A DNA stretch of 64,000 bases from Octopus sinensis (taxonomy: Eukaryota): assembly GCF_006345805.1 (NCBI RefSeq), contig NC_043012.1, positions 58,280,001 through 58,344,000 on the forward strand, given 5' to 3'. A program made the position numbers and the translations under genes. The notes beneath the pieces are model-generated. The model did not search any database. It saw only the letters and a program-made list of their open reading frames with translations, and was not told the origin of the DNA. Positions 25,138 through 39,134 of the stretch are shown in pieces (positions within the stretch are counted from its first letter, which is position 1; each line of letters begins with the position of its first letter).

Positions 25138-26009
25138 TCAGAATTATATACATAATTATAACAAGGGCTCAGCTCTATGCCTCACCACGCACCATTAGAA
25201 ATAGACGGTAAGATCCTTTTTACTATCATAAAATCTGCGAGAATAACACACGTTATTGTAGGCATGCAAAAGAAAAATAATGAATCAGCTAGGCTTGTCA
25301 ACTATGGACGCGTTTCACACCTAAAGTAAAAAATAATTTTACTTTCTGTTACTTACTGTTACTCGGGAGTATTTCAAAATATACACACGATCAGCAACAT
25401 CATATGTCCCATATTTATTCATACTCGCAAAAATATAATGACGAGTATAATTCATATTTTTCTTATATGCTCATGAGTGAGTTTAGATTTCGATCACGGA
25501 GTGAATATTTGAATATATATATACATATCTTTATATATATATGTATATATGTATATGTGTGTTCGTGTTTGAGTGTAGATATACATATATATATGTGTGT
25601 GTGTGTGTGTTTATATATATATATTATATGTATGCATGTATGCATGTATGTATATTTATATATAAATACAAATTTCAGACTGCAGTTGACGATGACTTAA
25701 CTGGTCTAAACTTTGAAGTCACCGTCAAGAACATTCATATATAAGGATAATACATTTGTACTCTGCAAAAGTATTGAGTGACCCATCAGATTAAAGTAAC
25801 GTTGATTTTATTATAACTGGACGTCAAATCAATCATTAATATATATATATATGTTTATATATATATCAAACAAATGATAGATATAGAAAATAGAATGTAC
25901 GAGAAGCTATTGCTTACCTTATATAAGTGTGTGTATACGAATGCGTTCATACATAAGTATGATTGTGTGTATGTATGCATGTATATATGTATGTATGTAT
26001 CTATCTATA

Positions 26010-26064
<55 letters not shown>

Positions 26065-26082
26065 ATATATATATAATATATA

Positions 26083-26311
26083 AGGCGGCGGGCTGGCAGA
26101 AAAGTTATCACGCCTGGCGAAATGCGTAGCCGTATTTCGTCTGCCGCTTTGTTCCGAGTTCAAATTCCGCCGAGGTCGACTTTGCCTTTCAATCCTTTCG
26201 GGTCGATAAATTAAGTACCAGTTGTGCACTGGGGTCGATGTAATCGACTTAATCTTTTGTCTGTCCCCTGTGATTGTCCCCCCTGTGATTAGCCTCTTGT
26301 GGGTAGTAAAG

Positions 26312-26313
<2 letters not shown>
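26083..26313 (+). mobile_element. SINE family B monomer
   Basis: GGCGGCGGGCTGGCAGAA..GAGTTCAAATTCCGCCGAGGTCGAC..GTAAAGAAAT. Confidence 0.85.
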
Positions 26314-26358
<45 letters not shown>

Positions 26359-27084
26359 TGACCTCACATGTCGTTCGCTATGGAGAAGGTTGAATATCTT
26401 AAGCAGCAAAGCAACGACAGCAATACGGCGGCAGTAAGCGATGAAAAGGAAAATAAAAAAGAAAAGAGCAGTAAAAAACAAAAAGAAAAAACAAAGAAGA
26501 ATAAAAGCACATTTCGTTCTGTCATTATGGCTTCACGGTTGCTCGGAAGAGCAACATGAAACTGATTGATGATCTGATTAAAGAAATAAACGCAAATTAA
26601 AAACTTCTTGCTGACAGGGGAAAATCTCGCAAAGGTTTCGCCCTAAACCATTTAGATAGATAACGTCTACAAACGAAATCCAAGACCAATAATACTTTCC
26701 AACAAGGCGATCTTTATCGTGATCAATCATCATGCTAGATATAGCAGCCAAATCTCCGTCAAATTACATACCTACTGACTTGAGAAATGTAAGGACATAA
26801 TGGATAATGTAGTCTTAGATACGCACTGGGTTTACCAAACACGAAATTAGATTATCAAGACTGGAATGCATTTATCATAAGCCTGCTCAGTCAGAGCTGT
26901 TTATCTAGTGCTATAACTATATCCTGTGGGTGTATGCATACATACATACATACATACATACATACATACATACATACTACATACATATATTATATATATA
27001 TACATATGCATATTATATATATATATATATATACACACACATTATTGTATCTGAAGAGAGTCATTCTCTTTTAATATATGAGCA

Positions 27085-27268
27085 GTACCTGTATTTTAAA
27101 GGGCCAGCCTTGTCACACACTGTGTCGCTGAATCTCCTCGAGAACTATGTTAAGAGTACACGTGTTTGTGGAGTGCTCAGCCACCTACACGTTAATTTCA
27201 CTAGCAAGCTGTTCTGTTGATCGTATCAGCGGGGACCCTCGTCGTCGCAACCGACGGAGTGCTCCACT
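27085..27268 (+). mobile_element. Family C tail type 3 fragment
   Basis: Homologous to 23690-23847. Confidence 0.7.
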
Positions 27269-27374
27269 CCCCCTCTCTTTCTATATATATATAACACATG
27301 CATATATAGAATATATATATAGATATATATATATATATATAATATATATATATATAATTATATATATGTATGTA

Positions 27375-27405
<31 letters not shown>

Positions 27406-27410
27406 ATATC

Positions 27411-27443
<33 letters not shown>

Positions 27444-27445
27444 AT

Positions 27446-27483
<38 letters not shown>

Positions 27484-27484
27484 A

Positions 27485-27597
27485 TTGCCTGTTAACTTAG
27501 CCAACTGGGTGGCGTCACTTGAAGGCTAAAACAATGCGAAGCGCATGTGACCAGCGATGTTTAGCAACATTTGATAGCCTGGTCGGTCACAGTGATA
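27485..27597 (+). mobile_element. Family C tail type 2 fragment
   Basis: GTGGCGTCACTTGAAGGCTAAAACAATGCGAAGCGCATGTGACCAGCGATG. Homologous to 18065-18150 and 40419-40550(-). Confidence 0.75.
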
Positions 27598-27691
27598 TGT
27601 ATGTATATATATATATATATAATATATATATAGCGGCGTACGTACACTTTGGTCTCTTATTATATATATAATATATATATATATATATATC

Positions 27692-27723
<32 letters not shown>

Positions 27724-27972
27724 CTATATATACTTCAAATAAGGTGATCGCCCCCTTTGAAATTGTATGGATAAAACCGAACTAAATTCTTGTGCCTTAA
27801 CCTAGTACCAATTCATCTGAATCTAAATTTTGCTGAACTCATCTACCATACCCAAGTATATATATATACATGCATACATACATACATACATACATACATA
27901 CATACATACATACGTATACATACATACGTATACATACACATTAACCACACACCACACACACACATATATAAG

Positions 27973-28021
<49 letters not shown>

Positions 28022-28034
28022 AGACATGTTTCTT

Positions 28035-28172
28035 CTTTCAGTCTCCGGGTAGCACATCCACTCACAAGGCTTTGGTGGATCGAGGATATAGTAGAAGACA
28101 CTCGCCCAATGTGCTACACAGTGGGACTGAAACTGGAACCACGTGGTCGGAGAGCCAGCTTCTTACCACACA
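28035..28172 (-). mobile_element. SINE family A, head half
   Basis: CCACTCACAAGGCTTTGG..AGTGGGACTGAAAC..CTTACCACAC. Confidence 0.75.
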
Positions 28173-28939
28173 ATCGCACATCCATTTCTTTTTCTCTAAA
28201 TTGCAAATGTTGTGCTTACGTTACCAAAAAAAAAAAAAAAGAAAGAAACTACTGTTATTGTGATAAATACAACATAAGTTTTTCTGAGATCGTAGGTTAC
28301 TGATGAATTCCTTTACGATATTCAGACGAGAGATAAATAAAATAAGTATTGACCACATCTTGTAAGCCAATTAAACTCAAGTTTTCTTTGCAAAGAAACC
28401 TTTGGCGTTTATCGTTTTCTGGAAATCCATTATTTATATTACAAAATGAAGAGCTTCTTCAGAACGGTTTTCTTGCTTAGATAATATCTGGTTTAGTTGC
28501 CATATGAGATATCAGTGCATATAGCTACTTCGATCATAGTGTTAACCGATCTGATATTTTTTCACTTCCATATTTTATAATTCTTTACTAATATTTTCTT
28601 TCAATCGTACGATTTTAGAATTAAAAGAGAAAAAATATCGTTTTATTTTTCTTACGTATTTTCCGGCGTTTTTCTTTTTCTCGTCCAAAATAGAATAAAA
28701 TAGCATTTCAAGGTTAGGAAAGAAATATTTTTTCCATTTCGGGAAACGAAAAACAGGAACGTGGGAAATCGAATTGTAAACAAGTTGAAAATGTTATAGA
28801 ATTAAAATTGAAGTCCGATTGAAAAAAAAAAAAGAAAATGAAAGAAAATAGTAAAAAGTCAACAAGCAAATCAAAAACACAAACAAAATCTTGAATTCAC
28901 CTTCAAGTCGATAAATACAATTAATTATTTGTTTTTCTT

Positions 28940-29215
28940 ATCTAAAATAATAATAATAATAACAATAATAATAATAAATAATATAATAATAATATAATAA
29001 CAACAATATAATGATAATATAATAATGATATAATAATAATATAATAAAAATAATAATAATGATAATAATAATTAATAATAATATGATAATAATAAAATAA
29101 ATAATAAAATAATAATTAATAAGAATAATAAGAATAAGAATAAGATATGAATAAGAATAACAGTAGCAAAAGAACAACAACAACCACAAAATTATAATAA
29201 TATAAAGATATAATA
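28940..29215. repeat. Degenerate (AAT)n tract
   Basis: Direct observation. Confidence 0.9.
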
Positions 29216-29461
29216 TAAATTTCAGTGTGTGGACTTGGTCGACACCAATCCTGTGACGCAATCCTTTTTAATGATGTGACAGTAGAAATAATAAATAGAA
29301 AAAAGAGTATTTTTTCAAAATTTAATCTTCTTAATCTCTCATATTCTTCCAATGTGATATTTGCAATGACAAATTAAACCAATCTGGAATGATCTTTTTT
29401 TTTTTCATTTTTGTTCATTTTAAATGTTTTCTCGAGAGGCTTTGGGTAATTCAGTTTTGTG

Positions 29462-29561
29462 NNNNNNNNNNNNNNNNNNNNNNNNNNNNNNNNNNNNNNN
29501 NNNNNNNNNNNNNNNNNNNNNNNNNNNNNNNNNNNNNNNNNNNNNNNNNNNNNNNNNNNNN
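29462..29561. other. Assembly gap (100 N)
   Basis: Run of N. Confidence 1.
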
Positions 29562-29860
29562 ACTTTCTGTGTTACGTGAGCGCACGGCTTTGTATGTGTG
29601 AGTGCATGTTTTTGCGTGTACGTGTACACACATCCCTCTATCGCTAATTCTGCAGATAAATGTTCGTATCTACGCACGTAGTTTGAGTCGCAAAGCAACA
29701 ATCAAATTGTTCAACTGGCACCAATGAGCTGCACAGAATCTAATGATTCAGCGAACCAAGAAATATATTCACATTCTACAGCATGGAACATTATATATAT
29801 ATATATATATTATATATATGCATATATATAAGCATATATGTATATATAGATAATATATAT

Positions 29861-29901
<41 letters not shown>

Positions 29902-30003
29902 ATATATATATATAAGCATATATATATATATATATATACATACACACACACACACCAACATATATTATATATATACCTTCATACCAATATGTGTATATTC
30001 ATT

Positions 30004-30041
<38 letters not shown>

Positions 30042-30315
30042 TATATATTATATATACACGAATTATATAATGCAAATATGCACGAATAATATATGTGTGT
30101 ATATAAATATGTGTGTGTGTGCAAATATATATAATTATGTGCTATAGAAGTAAGGAGTTACATGAAAGAGGCCCCTTCCATTATTTGCTTGTTTTCATTC
30201 ATCCCCTCGAAAGAGAACCAAAGTAAAATAAAAACAGATAAATATATAAATCCATAAAAGAAAAAAAGAAAGAAAGAAAGAAAGAAAAAAGAAAGGGTAC
30301 TATTTCTTTTTCTTT

Positions 30316-30347
<32 letters not shown>

Positions 30348-30652
30348 TTTTTTTTTTTGAACTTTGATCTTTTTCTCTCGTCTACAAGAAGAAATCATGG
30401 AAAAAACGGCATGGATTAGACATAGCTTTGTATACAACTAGAAAAATAATATTATATCAGTAAACAGTTAGATGTATTATCACTAATTCCGATTTCGTTT
30501 ATTTTGTTTCTTTTCTACACGTAAGTCAGCTGTTTATTACGATCAATCTTTGCGATTTGCAAGAGTCGTATTTACGAGAGAGTAATCGATGGTGCTTTCT
30601 TTACAGAAACCGGTAAAGAGTTATATAGTGCCAGATCAAGTAAGAGCAAATT

Positions 30653-30830
30653 TCTTCTTCTTCTTCTTCTTCTTCTTCTTCTTCTTCTTCTTCTTCTTCT
30701 TCTTCTTCTTCTTCTTCTTCTTCTACTACCACTACTACTTCTTCTTCTTTTTCTTCTTATTCTTCTTTTTCTTCTTCTTCTTCTTCTACTACTACTACTA
30801 CTACTTCTCCTTCTTCTTTTTCTTCTTCTT

Positions 30831-30874
<44 letters not shown>

Positions 30875-30893
30875 GCTGCTGCGGCTGCTGCTG

Positions 30894-30958
<65 letters not shown>

Positions 30959-30990
30959 ACTACTACTACTACCTCTACTACTACTACTAC
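30653..30990. repeat. Compound (TTC)n/(TAC)n/(TGC)n microsatellite
   Basis: Direct observation. Confidence 0.95.
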
Positions 30991-31448
30991 CAGTTTCCAT
31001 TGCGAAATTCAGCATTTTTTTCCCCCTTTTTCTTTTCTCTCTCTTTTTTTTACGTGAAGGTTAAGAATCTAACTAATTCATGCTTCAAAAACATGCACTG
31101 TGGATACGTGGTTCTTTTATATATATATGCCTATGTATTTATATATGTATGTAGATGTGCGTGTGCACGTATATACACGTAAGTAAATAAATACATACAT
31201 ATGTATATACATATATATATATGTATGCATATATGTGTATCTATATATGTATAGATGTGCGATTATATATTTACACAAACATAGAGCTACAGATATATAC
31301 ATGCATATATATTATTATATATATATATATATATATGTATTTATGTATATGTATATACATATATATATGTCTGCATATATGTGTATCTATATATGTGTAT
31401 AGATGTGCGATTATATATTTACACAAACATAGAGATACAGTATATACA

Positions 31449-31526
<78 letters not shown>

Positions 31527-32041
31527 TGTATGTACGCACGCATGTATGTATAAATGTTACTTGCTCTTATTGTTGAATGTGCATATATTGTTCGCGTAAA
31601 AAAAGTCCATATTCCTGCAAAGAACAGAAGCAAGCGAGTAATATTAATGTCAGCAAAGAAAGCCACAGTATTATGTATACGAGAGCTCATGTTCGTATAT
31701 CCGACCTTTGCCATCTTAACATGTAATACAGATACTCTCCCCCCCCCACTCACACAAACACACGTACATGAGTGCGCACGCCCACAATATCACACGTGCA
31801 CGGTGAGTACACGCGCAAACTTCGAGTGAACCTCTACCTGTGTGTGCTTGTGTATGCTTATATATTCAAGAATACACACACACACACACACATTATATAT
31901 ATATATATACATACATACATCTATTCCTCTCTCTCTTCTCTCCTCTCTCTCTCTCTCTATATATTATATATATATATATATATAATATATATATATGTAT
32001 GTATGTATGTATATTTATACGAGTATATATATATGAATGCT

Positions 32042-32280
32042 GTGGAGGCGCGTAGCATAGTTATTAGGGATGTTACACTTATGAGCATATGACTTAGTTT
32101 TCGATTCCTGGACCGAGAGACGCATTATTTTCTTGAGCAAAACATTTCGTTTCACGTTGCTCTAAAAACCGAATTAACCTGCGGGGCTCTGGCGTTCCAT
32201 TCCGTGGGAATATATGACCCACAAAAACTGGGTAGCCGGCCCTGTGAGTTTATATATTTTCCGGGAAGGATCTTTAACAC
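32042..32280 (+). mobile_element. Diverged family D head/body with V/Meta-like tail
   Basis: GTGGAGGCGCGTAGCATAGT..TTTCGATTCC..TTCTTGAGCAAAACATTTCGTTTCACGTTGCTC. Homologous to 54750-55000(-). Confidence 0.55.
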
Positions 32281-32324
32281 ACTTTTCATATGAATGCAGT
32301 TGTGCTTAAATAGTCACTTATATA

Positions 32325-32742
32325 GTGGTTCTAAATTTTTGACACAAAGCCATCAATTCTGAGGGAGGGATTAAATCGGTTATATCAACCACAGTACTCA
32401 ACTAGTACTTATTTTAACTTCCCCGAAGGCATGGAAGGCAAAGTCAAACTCAGAATGTAAGGACGGACGAAATGCCGGTAAGAATTGCGTCGGGCATTCT
32501 AACGATTCTTATTTCTTTAATGCGCACAAGGGGCTAAACATAGAGGGGACAAACAAGGACAGACAAAGGGATTAAGTCGATTACATGGACACCAGTTCGT
32601 AACTGGTACTTAATTTATCGCCCCCGAAAGGATGAAAGGCAAAGTTGACCACGGCGGAATTTGAACTCAGAACGTAACGGCAGACGAAATACGGCTATGC
32701 ATTTCGCCCGGCGTGCTAGCATTTCTACCAGCTCGCCGACTT
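32325..32742 (-). mobile_element. SINE family B dimer
   Basis: Two monomers with GAAAGGATGAAAGGCAAAG..GAATTTGAACTCAGAA. Confidence 0.85.
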
Positions 32743-33471
32743 GATGGCTATTTGTAGATTAGTCAACCTTAATGCGTACGGGAGTACCAGAAGCGATTTA
32801 GTCAACCTGTAAGTTCAAGTTTTCGTGCTTGATATACAGACTAGTTGTTAATATAAACTCATTCCTTGCTTCTACCAGCGCAGCATATATTTTTCAGCGT
32901 TCGCATCCCTCTTCATCGTGATTCTTGGGCATCTTTAGTAAAAACAAAATCCACTCTATTTAGAGTAAGGACAGCAACAATAAAATGGTGTCTTGGTTTT
33001 GCATCGAAAGTTATCGGTAGATTTAGGAAAAACAGACAATATGTTGGGTGAATGCTAGCGTTCTTTAGAGCTAAGAGATAATGAAGCAGAGAGAAGTTGA
33101 AGCACGCTGCGTAGAGGTAAGATGACCGAGTAAAACTTGTTCTCAGTTTTTTGTCTTTGTTGTCATACAAATTCGCTTGCTATCTTACAAAAACTCTAAT
33201 GCCCTTAGCTTAGACGTTTACCTGGTGGGGGGAACCAGATTGAACAGTTTCAAATGTAACTGCCCGAAACTGTAAAGACATCTGCTAACTTGATTGACGG
33301 AAGAAGGCCACTAATGACCCGTCCTTGTTTTCCTGGCCCTTAATCGTTGTTTTTCCTCTCTGCTTTTGTATCATCTATCTGTCCTGATGTTTTCTTATCC
33401 CTTATTGCGTTTTTGCACCATTTTATATATATATATATTTGTGTATATATGTGCTATACTATATATATATA

Positions 33472-33504
<33 letters not shown>

Positions 33505-33511
33505 AGTGAAG

Positions 33512-33543
<32 letters not shown>

Positions 33544-33917
33544 AAACATATATATAATATCCACCTTATCTGCCTATTATTCTTGCAAGGGTCGTGGAGG
33601 ATAGATTCCTAAGATAGAGTCCTATCTGAAGCAACCGTCATAAGGGTCTCCCGCTGAAGTCTTAAAGCCGCCAGCTGAGACTATGGATATCATCTACCTA
33701 TCCCGTCCTTGCTCTACTCTTCCTGTCAGTTGGCACGGCTTGAACGATTCGTCTTTCGATTCTCTTCTGCGACATTCTAAACATAGGCCTGTATTACCGG
33801 AGCTGTAGCATTTCAATGTGGAAAAGTGGCGGTTCTTCTTATATATATATATGTATGTGTATATATTATATATATATGTATAGATATATATATATATATA
33901 TATATATACTATAATAT

Positions 33918-33983
<66 letters not shown>

Positions 33984-35114
33984 TATATATAATATATATA
34001 TATATATACATACATAAACATACATACATAACATACATGCATGCATACATACATAAATACATATATACACATAATATTATATATATACATTATATATATA
34101 TATACTATATATTATATATATATATAATATATATATTTATTTATTTATTTATACACGCATGCACCAAAATCAGGTTATTTATTAGGTGCATGCCATGTTG
34201 CGGGTTGGAATCTGAAATCAGAATCTACACTTTCATTTAGAATGATAAGAATTTTCGAAACGCTGTATTTAGGATTTTGAAATATTCCAAACGACCTTAA
34301 CTGGTATGATAACATCATGTAGTTACTTTAGACCTAATAGTAGAGATTTACGTTGATTTAGTTAAATGATATCCGAGTTCTGACGTTGTACCGCTCAATG
34401 AGAGCATTCCCAGCTTGTATAAACAGAACAGTCTATTTATAATAAGGCGATGTGTGGCAATGATTCTTAGTTACCTGCATAAAATAAGCCACATGATATC
34501 AACTGTAAAGCATTCGAGAAATTTGTGTTAAATGCATATGTATATAGATGTAGGTTTGTTTTGTTTCTTACTAAATATTGACAAACTGTGTGGTAGGCCT
34601 AACACAGCGCCATTGCTTGGTTTAACACCGCCCCTCTGACTCTTGTGTGTTTTTAGCTGTGTCTCTATTCTGGTGCAACATCCGGGTCAGTGATCTGTAG
34701 TGAAGATACGTGGCTTCCTAAAGAATTATAAGCAGTAGTAGCAGTCACAGCAACAGCAGCAGTAGTCGTAACAACAGCAAACCATAAGATTTGGTTTCTT
34801 CCTTCGTTTTCTTCTACCTCATATATCTCAGAAATATTGTCAAAGTCAGGGCAAATAGCCTCTTCGTACTAGCTGTAGAAAACTAAGATACCTCAATCAA
34901 ACATATAACATATATGAAACTAATAGACAACTATTTCTAGTTGCAAGATGCCCCAATTGTTTTCTTTATCGCATAATTTCCCAGCGGAAAGATTTTATCT
35001 TAAGTTTAAATAGCGAAAACAGCACCTTGAACTCATCTTATTGGTTATGTTACCTTCTCTGAGCAAAATTAGATGACAAGAAAACTAAATGTACAACATA
35101 ACAAGATAAGAGGA

Positions 35115-35443
35115 AGAGGAGGAGACCTCCTTTGGTCATGACAGACCATGGGATTGCACCTAGAAACTTACCCTCCCAGGCACAAATCCGGGAACGACCA
35201 GCAGTCGCCCATGCATACCAGCCTCCCCTTTCTACGCCACCAGTGTTATCCAAGGGAAAGGCAAAGGCCGATACAGTTTGGCGCCAGTGATGTCGCAACT
35301 AATTTCTACAGCTGAGTTAACTGGAGCGACGTGAAATAAAGTGTCTTGCTCAAGAACACAACTCGCAGCCTGGTCCGGGAATCGAATTCACAACCTCACG
35401 ATGGTAAGCTCGACGCTCTAACCACTGAGCCATGCGCCTTCAC
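35115..35443 (-). mobile_element. SINE family D, full length
   Basis: Minus strand GGCGCATGGCTCAGTGGTTAGAGCG..GAATTCGATTCC..GTGTTCTTGAGCAAGACACTTTATTTCAC. Confidence 0.85.
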
Positions 35444-35470
35444 ATAACAACATAACTTATTTATTTATAT

Positions 35471-36195
35471 CAGTGGTCCTCAACGATTTTCTGTCTATGG
35501 ACAACTTTGATTTTCATTTTACTCTGGTGGGTCCCACTAGCCATTTGATGAAAGAAAACTAGTTTTTGGATACTCCTTTCAAAATTCCTAGCTTGTTTTT
35601 CACATGTTCACTTGTGTAGGGTTGCAATACCACCTTCTGAGTGAATATGTTTAACGGCCGGAAACGTGATGAATCATATAATGCATTGGACCAATAAACC
35701 TACCGTGGTCCCTCGACTATCGCGTGTGGTGTTACGTTCCAAAACCCCGCTCAATAGGTGAAAATCCGCGAAGTAGAAACATTACTGTAGTATGTACATT
35801 TTTTTTGTTATTTGTATAACTTTTATATATTTATCAATATCTATAAAGCTGAAATGCGAAAAAGTTGTTTGATTTCTTCGTTATTTGTCTCATTTTGGGA
35901 TGGGAATGGTTTAAGGGATGTTAGATGGTGTCGGATTGGCGCCAAAATTTACGTTTGGAGGTAAAATGGGGTGGGCAATGATGTGAGGACGGTTGCAAGT
36001 CGCTCGAGGCTACCGTTTGGTTGCCATCACCACCAAAACACCAGGAAGGAATCGACGTAAGCTTAAATAATAAATTGCGATAGGTGAACCGCAATATGGC
36101 GAGGGATTACTGTAGTTGCTTTTTACAAAATTGCACCCAGTGGAAAATCTTTACGTGGACCCCTAAAATTCCACTATGGTCCCCAGTTTACTATT
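35471..36195. mobile_element. Probable hAT-like MITE interrupted by the Tigger-like MITE
   Basis: Left end CAGTGGTCCTCAAC resembles hAT/Charlie-type termini. The right end (GTGGACCCC..GGTCCCCAGTTT) is degenerate. Confidence 0.4.
35703..36112. mobile_element. Tigger/pogo-like MITE with TA target site duplication
   Basis: TA|CCGTGGTCCCTCGACTATCGCG..CGCAATATGGCGAGGGATTACTG|TA. The imperfect TIRs match the CAGT..TCCCTCG pattern. Confidence 0.75.
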
Positions 36196-36464
36196 TTTCT
36201 TGCGTGGACTCATAGAAATCTTGTAGTCATCCCAGTCGAACAGCCCAGACTTATATAGGTCTTTATCAGCATTTTCCTACATTGCTATGGGGCGCTAATT
36301 TAGTTGAGAGCGTATAGTCAAATAAATTGTCTAGTATATTTGATTGACTGGTATTTCATTTTATCGATCTTCAGAAGGGAAAAAACAATTGAAAAAACAA
36401 CTTTTGCCGTATATGAACTTAGTGTTGAGAGCTTCAACAATACCCGGCTAATGCAAAAGCTCTA

Positions 36465-36698
36465 TACTCTCTCTTTTACTCTTTTACTTGTTTCAGTCAT
36501 TTGAGGGCGGACATGCTAAAGCACCGTCTTTAGTCGAGCAAATCGACCCCAGCACTTATTCTTTGTAAGCCTGGTATTTATTCTATCGGTCTCTTGTGCC
36601 GAACCGCTAAGTTACGGGGATATAAACACACCAGCATCGGTTGTCAAGTGATGTTGGGGGGACAAACACAGACACACAAAATATACACAAACACATAC

Positions 36699-36730
<32 letters not shown>

Positions 36731-36928
36731 ATATATATGTGTGTGTGTGTGGTGTGTGTGTGCGTGTGTGTGTATATGCAACGAGCTGCTTTCAGTTTCC
36801 GTCTACCAAATCCCTTCACAAGGCTTTGGTCGGCCCGAGGCTATAGTAGAAGACACTTGCCCAAGGTACCACGCAGTGGGACTGAACCCGGAACCATGTG
36901 GGTGGGAAGCAAGCTATTTTCCACACAG
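36465..36928 (-). mobile_element. SINE family A, full length
   Basis: Head, internal microsatellite and tail all present. Confidence 0.85.
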
Positions 36929-37451
36929 TTTTGGCAGAAACGGGTAGTCAAATATATAGACCTCGACACTTTACTACTATTATACTTTATGGACATTGGT
37001 CAGATGAAATACCAAGTTAACCCTGGCGAGTTATGAACGAAACAGAATTTTCCAAGACATTGTGTCTGTCAAGTCAGCGTCTCATATTTTAACAGCCCCA
37101 AAATACCCTAAAACTGAACTGTCAGCTTTTCAGACAATTTTTGACAATATTATATGAACGCTCTCTTTTTTGTTTATTTTTGCTTTTTTTTTCAGGTAAC
37201 GTCACTTTTCATTGTAATTTTATGAGCAAATTTCAATTACACTTTCTTTTGGTACCTTTTTTATTATTTTTTGTAACTATATTTCTATAGAAATGCAATG
37301 CTTTTGTTTCAATTAATTTTTATAATAATCAAAAATGTAGTAAAATAACTTTGTCACACTGGAGTTCCGATCATAAATTAACACAAAATTGTGATAGAAA
37401 TTTTCAAGTTTGATCACTTTAAAACAAAAGTTTGTAACATAGAAGCGGAGG

Positions 37452-37596
37452 CGATCTGGTACTTAATTTATCGACCCCGAAAGGATGAAAGGCAAAGTCG
37501 AACTCGGCGGAATTTGAACTCAGAACGTAACGGCAGACGAAATACCGCTAAGCATTTCGCCCGGCGTGCTAACGTTTCTGCCAGCTCGCCGCCTTT
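37452..37596 (-). mobile_element. SINE family B, 5' monomer part
   Basis: Close match to 40921-41060 in reverse. Confidence 0.85.
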
Positions 37597-37814
37597 GAGG
37601 CATGCATAATATTAGACACTATCGGTCTATATATGAGTATTTTGCGTTTCTTGCTTTCCTTGCTATAAATGCACTTGTTCTCACCTTGGTTGAATCGCCT
37701 CAAGTAGACGTGATCATTATAGGAACCCCGTGTACTTCACCACTTTTCTATGGTGATATATGAAGTCACATGCCTTATTGGTTAGACTAATGTGCTCAGA
37801 ATCATTCAGTTTTC

Positions 37815-38080
37815 ATTTCGTGTTACATCAGTTTCCTCAGTGGAGCATGAGGGCCTACAGTATTCAGGATACTCCTAAGAGCTTTTTAGGTCTGAGAGCT
37901 TTTTAATGTTGCCCTGGCAACATTAGCAGTAACTTCTGGGGTTGACAGGCCGGCATCTTGTCCAGGTGGAGCTTTCAGATTTAAGAATAATGATAATCCG
38001 ATCCTCTTATTTCTGCTATAGAAACATTGTTAGATTAATCTGGATTGCTCCATTGGTCTTGACATGGTCATCATGAAGAC
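37815..38080 (-). mobile_element. Possible decayed LINE (RTE-like) 3' end
   Basis: Minus-strand PSCSTEETD resembles RTE C-termini. The rest is not alignable by eye. Confidence 0.2.
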
Positions 38081-38081
38081 G

Positions 38082-38270
38082 CTTCTTCTTCTTCTTCTTC
38101 TTCTTCTTCTTCTTCTTCTTCTTCTTCTTTTTTTTTTTTTCTTCTTCTTCTTCTTCTTTCTTCTTCTTCTTTCTTCTTCTTCTTCTTCTCTTCTTCTTCT
38201 TATCTTCTTCTCCTCCTCCTCCTCCTCCTCCTTCTTCTTCTTCTTCTTCTTCTTCTTCTTCTTCTTCTTC
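38082..38270. repeat. (TTC)n/(TCC)n microsatellite
   Basis: Direct observation. Confidence 0.95.
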
Positions 38271-38404
38271 CAATCAGGACTCACGCCATTATCCACAAAG
38301 AATAATCTCTAATTCGAGCCTACTCTAAGCTACTTAGAATGCGTGTGGCAACTTGAAGATCCACCCACCACACGCGATACACTGGCGGTTGCACGGGCGC
38401 GAAA

Positions 38405-38758
38405 GCTACGTTGTTATCCTCATTCCATAAACGGTGGCTTTTAAAGGGTGGAGAGCTGAACCATCCTGGGGTACTGAGGATTCGCAATCTAGACTAGGGT
38501 CTGAAAGTTTTACCACACTATAGTGGGTTACACCATGGTTCCTCTGCTTTGTGGCAGGAGTAGGAAGAAAGAGTAAGAGAAAGTTGTGGTGAAAGAGTAC
38601 AGCGGGGTTCAACCCCCCACCACCACCCCCGCCGGAGCTTCGTGTAGCTTAGGTGTTTTTGCTCAATAAACACTCACAATGCCCGGTCGGGGAATTGAAA
38701 CCACGTTCTTACGACTGCGAGTCCGCTACCCTAACCACTGGGCCATTGCGTCCCCACG
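38405..38758 (-). mobile_element. SINE family C head/body with tail type 4
   Basis: Family C head and body to ..CTCTTTCTTCC, then a tail (TGCCACAAAGCAGAGGAACCATGG..) not seen elsewhere in the window. Confidence 0.7.
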
Positions 38759-39134
38759 CTGCTGCTGCTGCAGATGGTTATGATTATGACGATGAGGATG
38801 TATGACGTAGAGGATGCTGATGACCATGATGGTGACGGAGCCGATGACAGCGATGATGATAATAATGATGTGGACGATGACAATGATGATGGCGCTATAT
38901 TTATTTTCAATCCAATTTCTCTTCTCACACACTTTTTGAGAATCTCTTAAGATATCAACAATAGGAAATCCGAGCGATTATGTCACCATGTCAACATCTG
39001 ACATAGGACTGTGAAATACCAAGATTTAATGATGTACTTTGCTATTTCCCTGGAATAATATCATTTAAAATTCTTGCATTACTTCGTAAATTTTAAATCT
39101 ATGATTTGAACAATACCATACTGTGAATATACGT

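Noticed and set aside
25300-25345. Minus-strand GAAACGCGTC (hammerhead 3' half)
   Set aside because: No recognisable 5' core upstream, so at most a relic.
29116-29352. MEEYERLRRLNFEKILFFLFII.. possible signal-peptide exon
   Set aside because: There is no splice donor, the frame runs into an (ATT)n tract, and it lies next to an assembly gap.
33236-33284. Hammerhead-like CAGAT-TGAAC..AACTGCCC-GAAA..AC-ATCTG
   Set aside because: The core is incomplete and U16.1 is missing. Kept only as a possible decayed relic.
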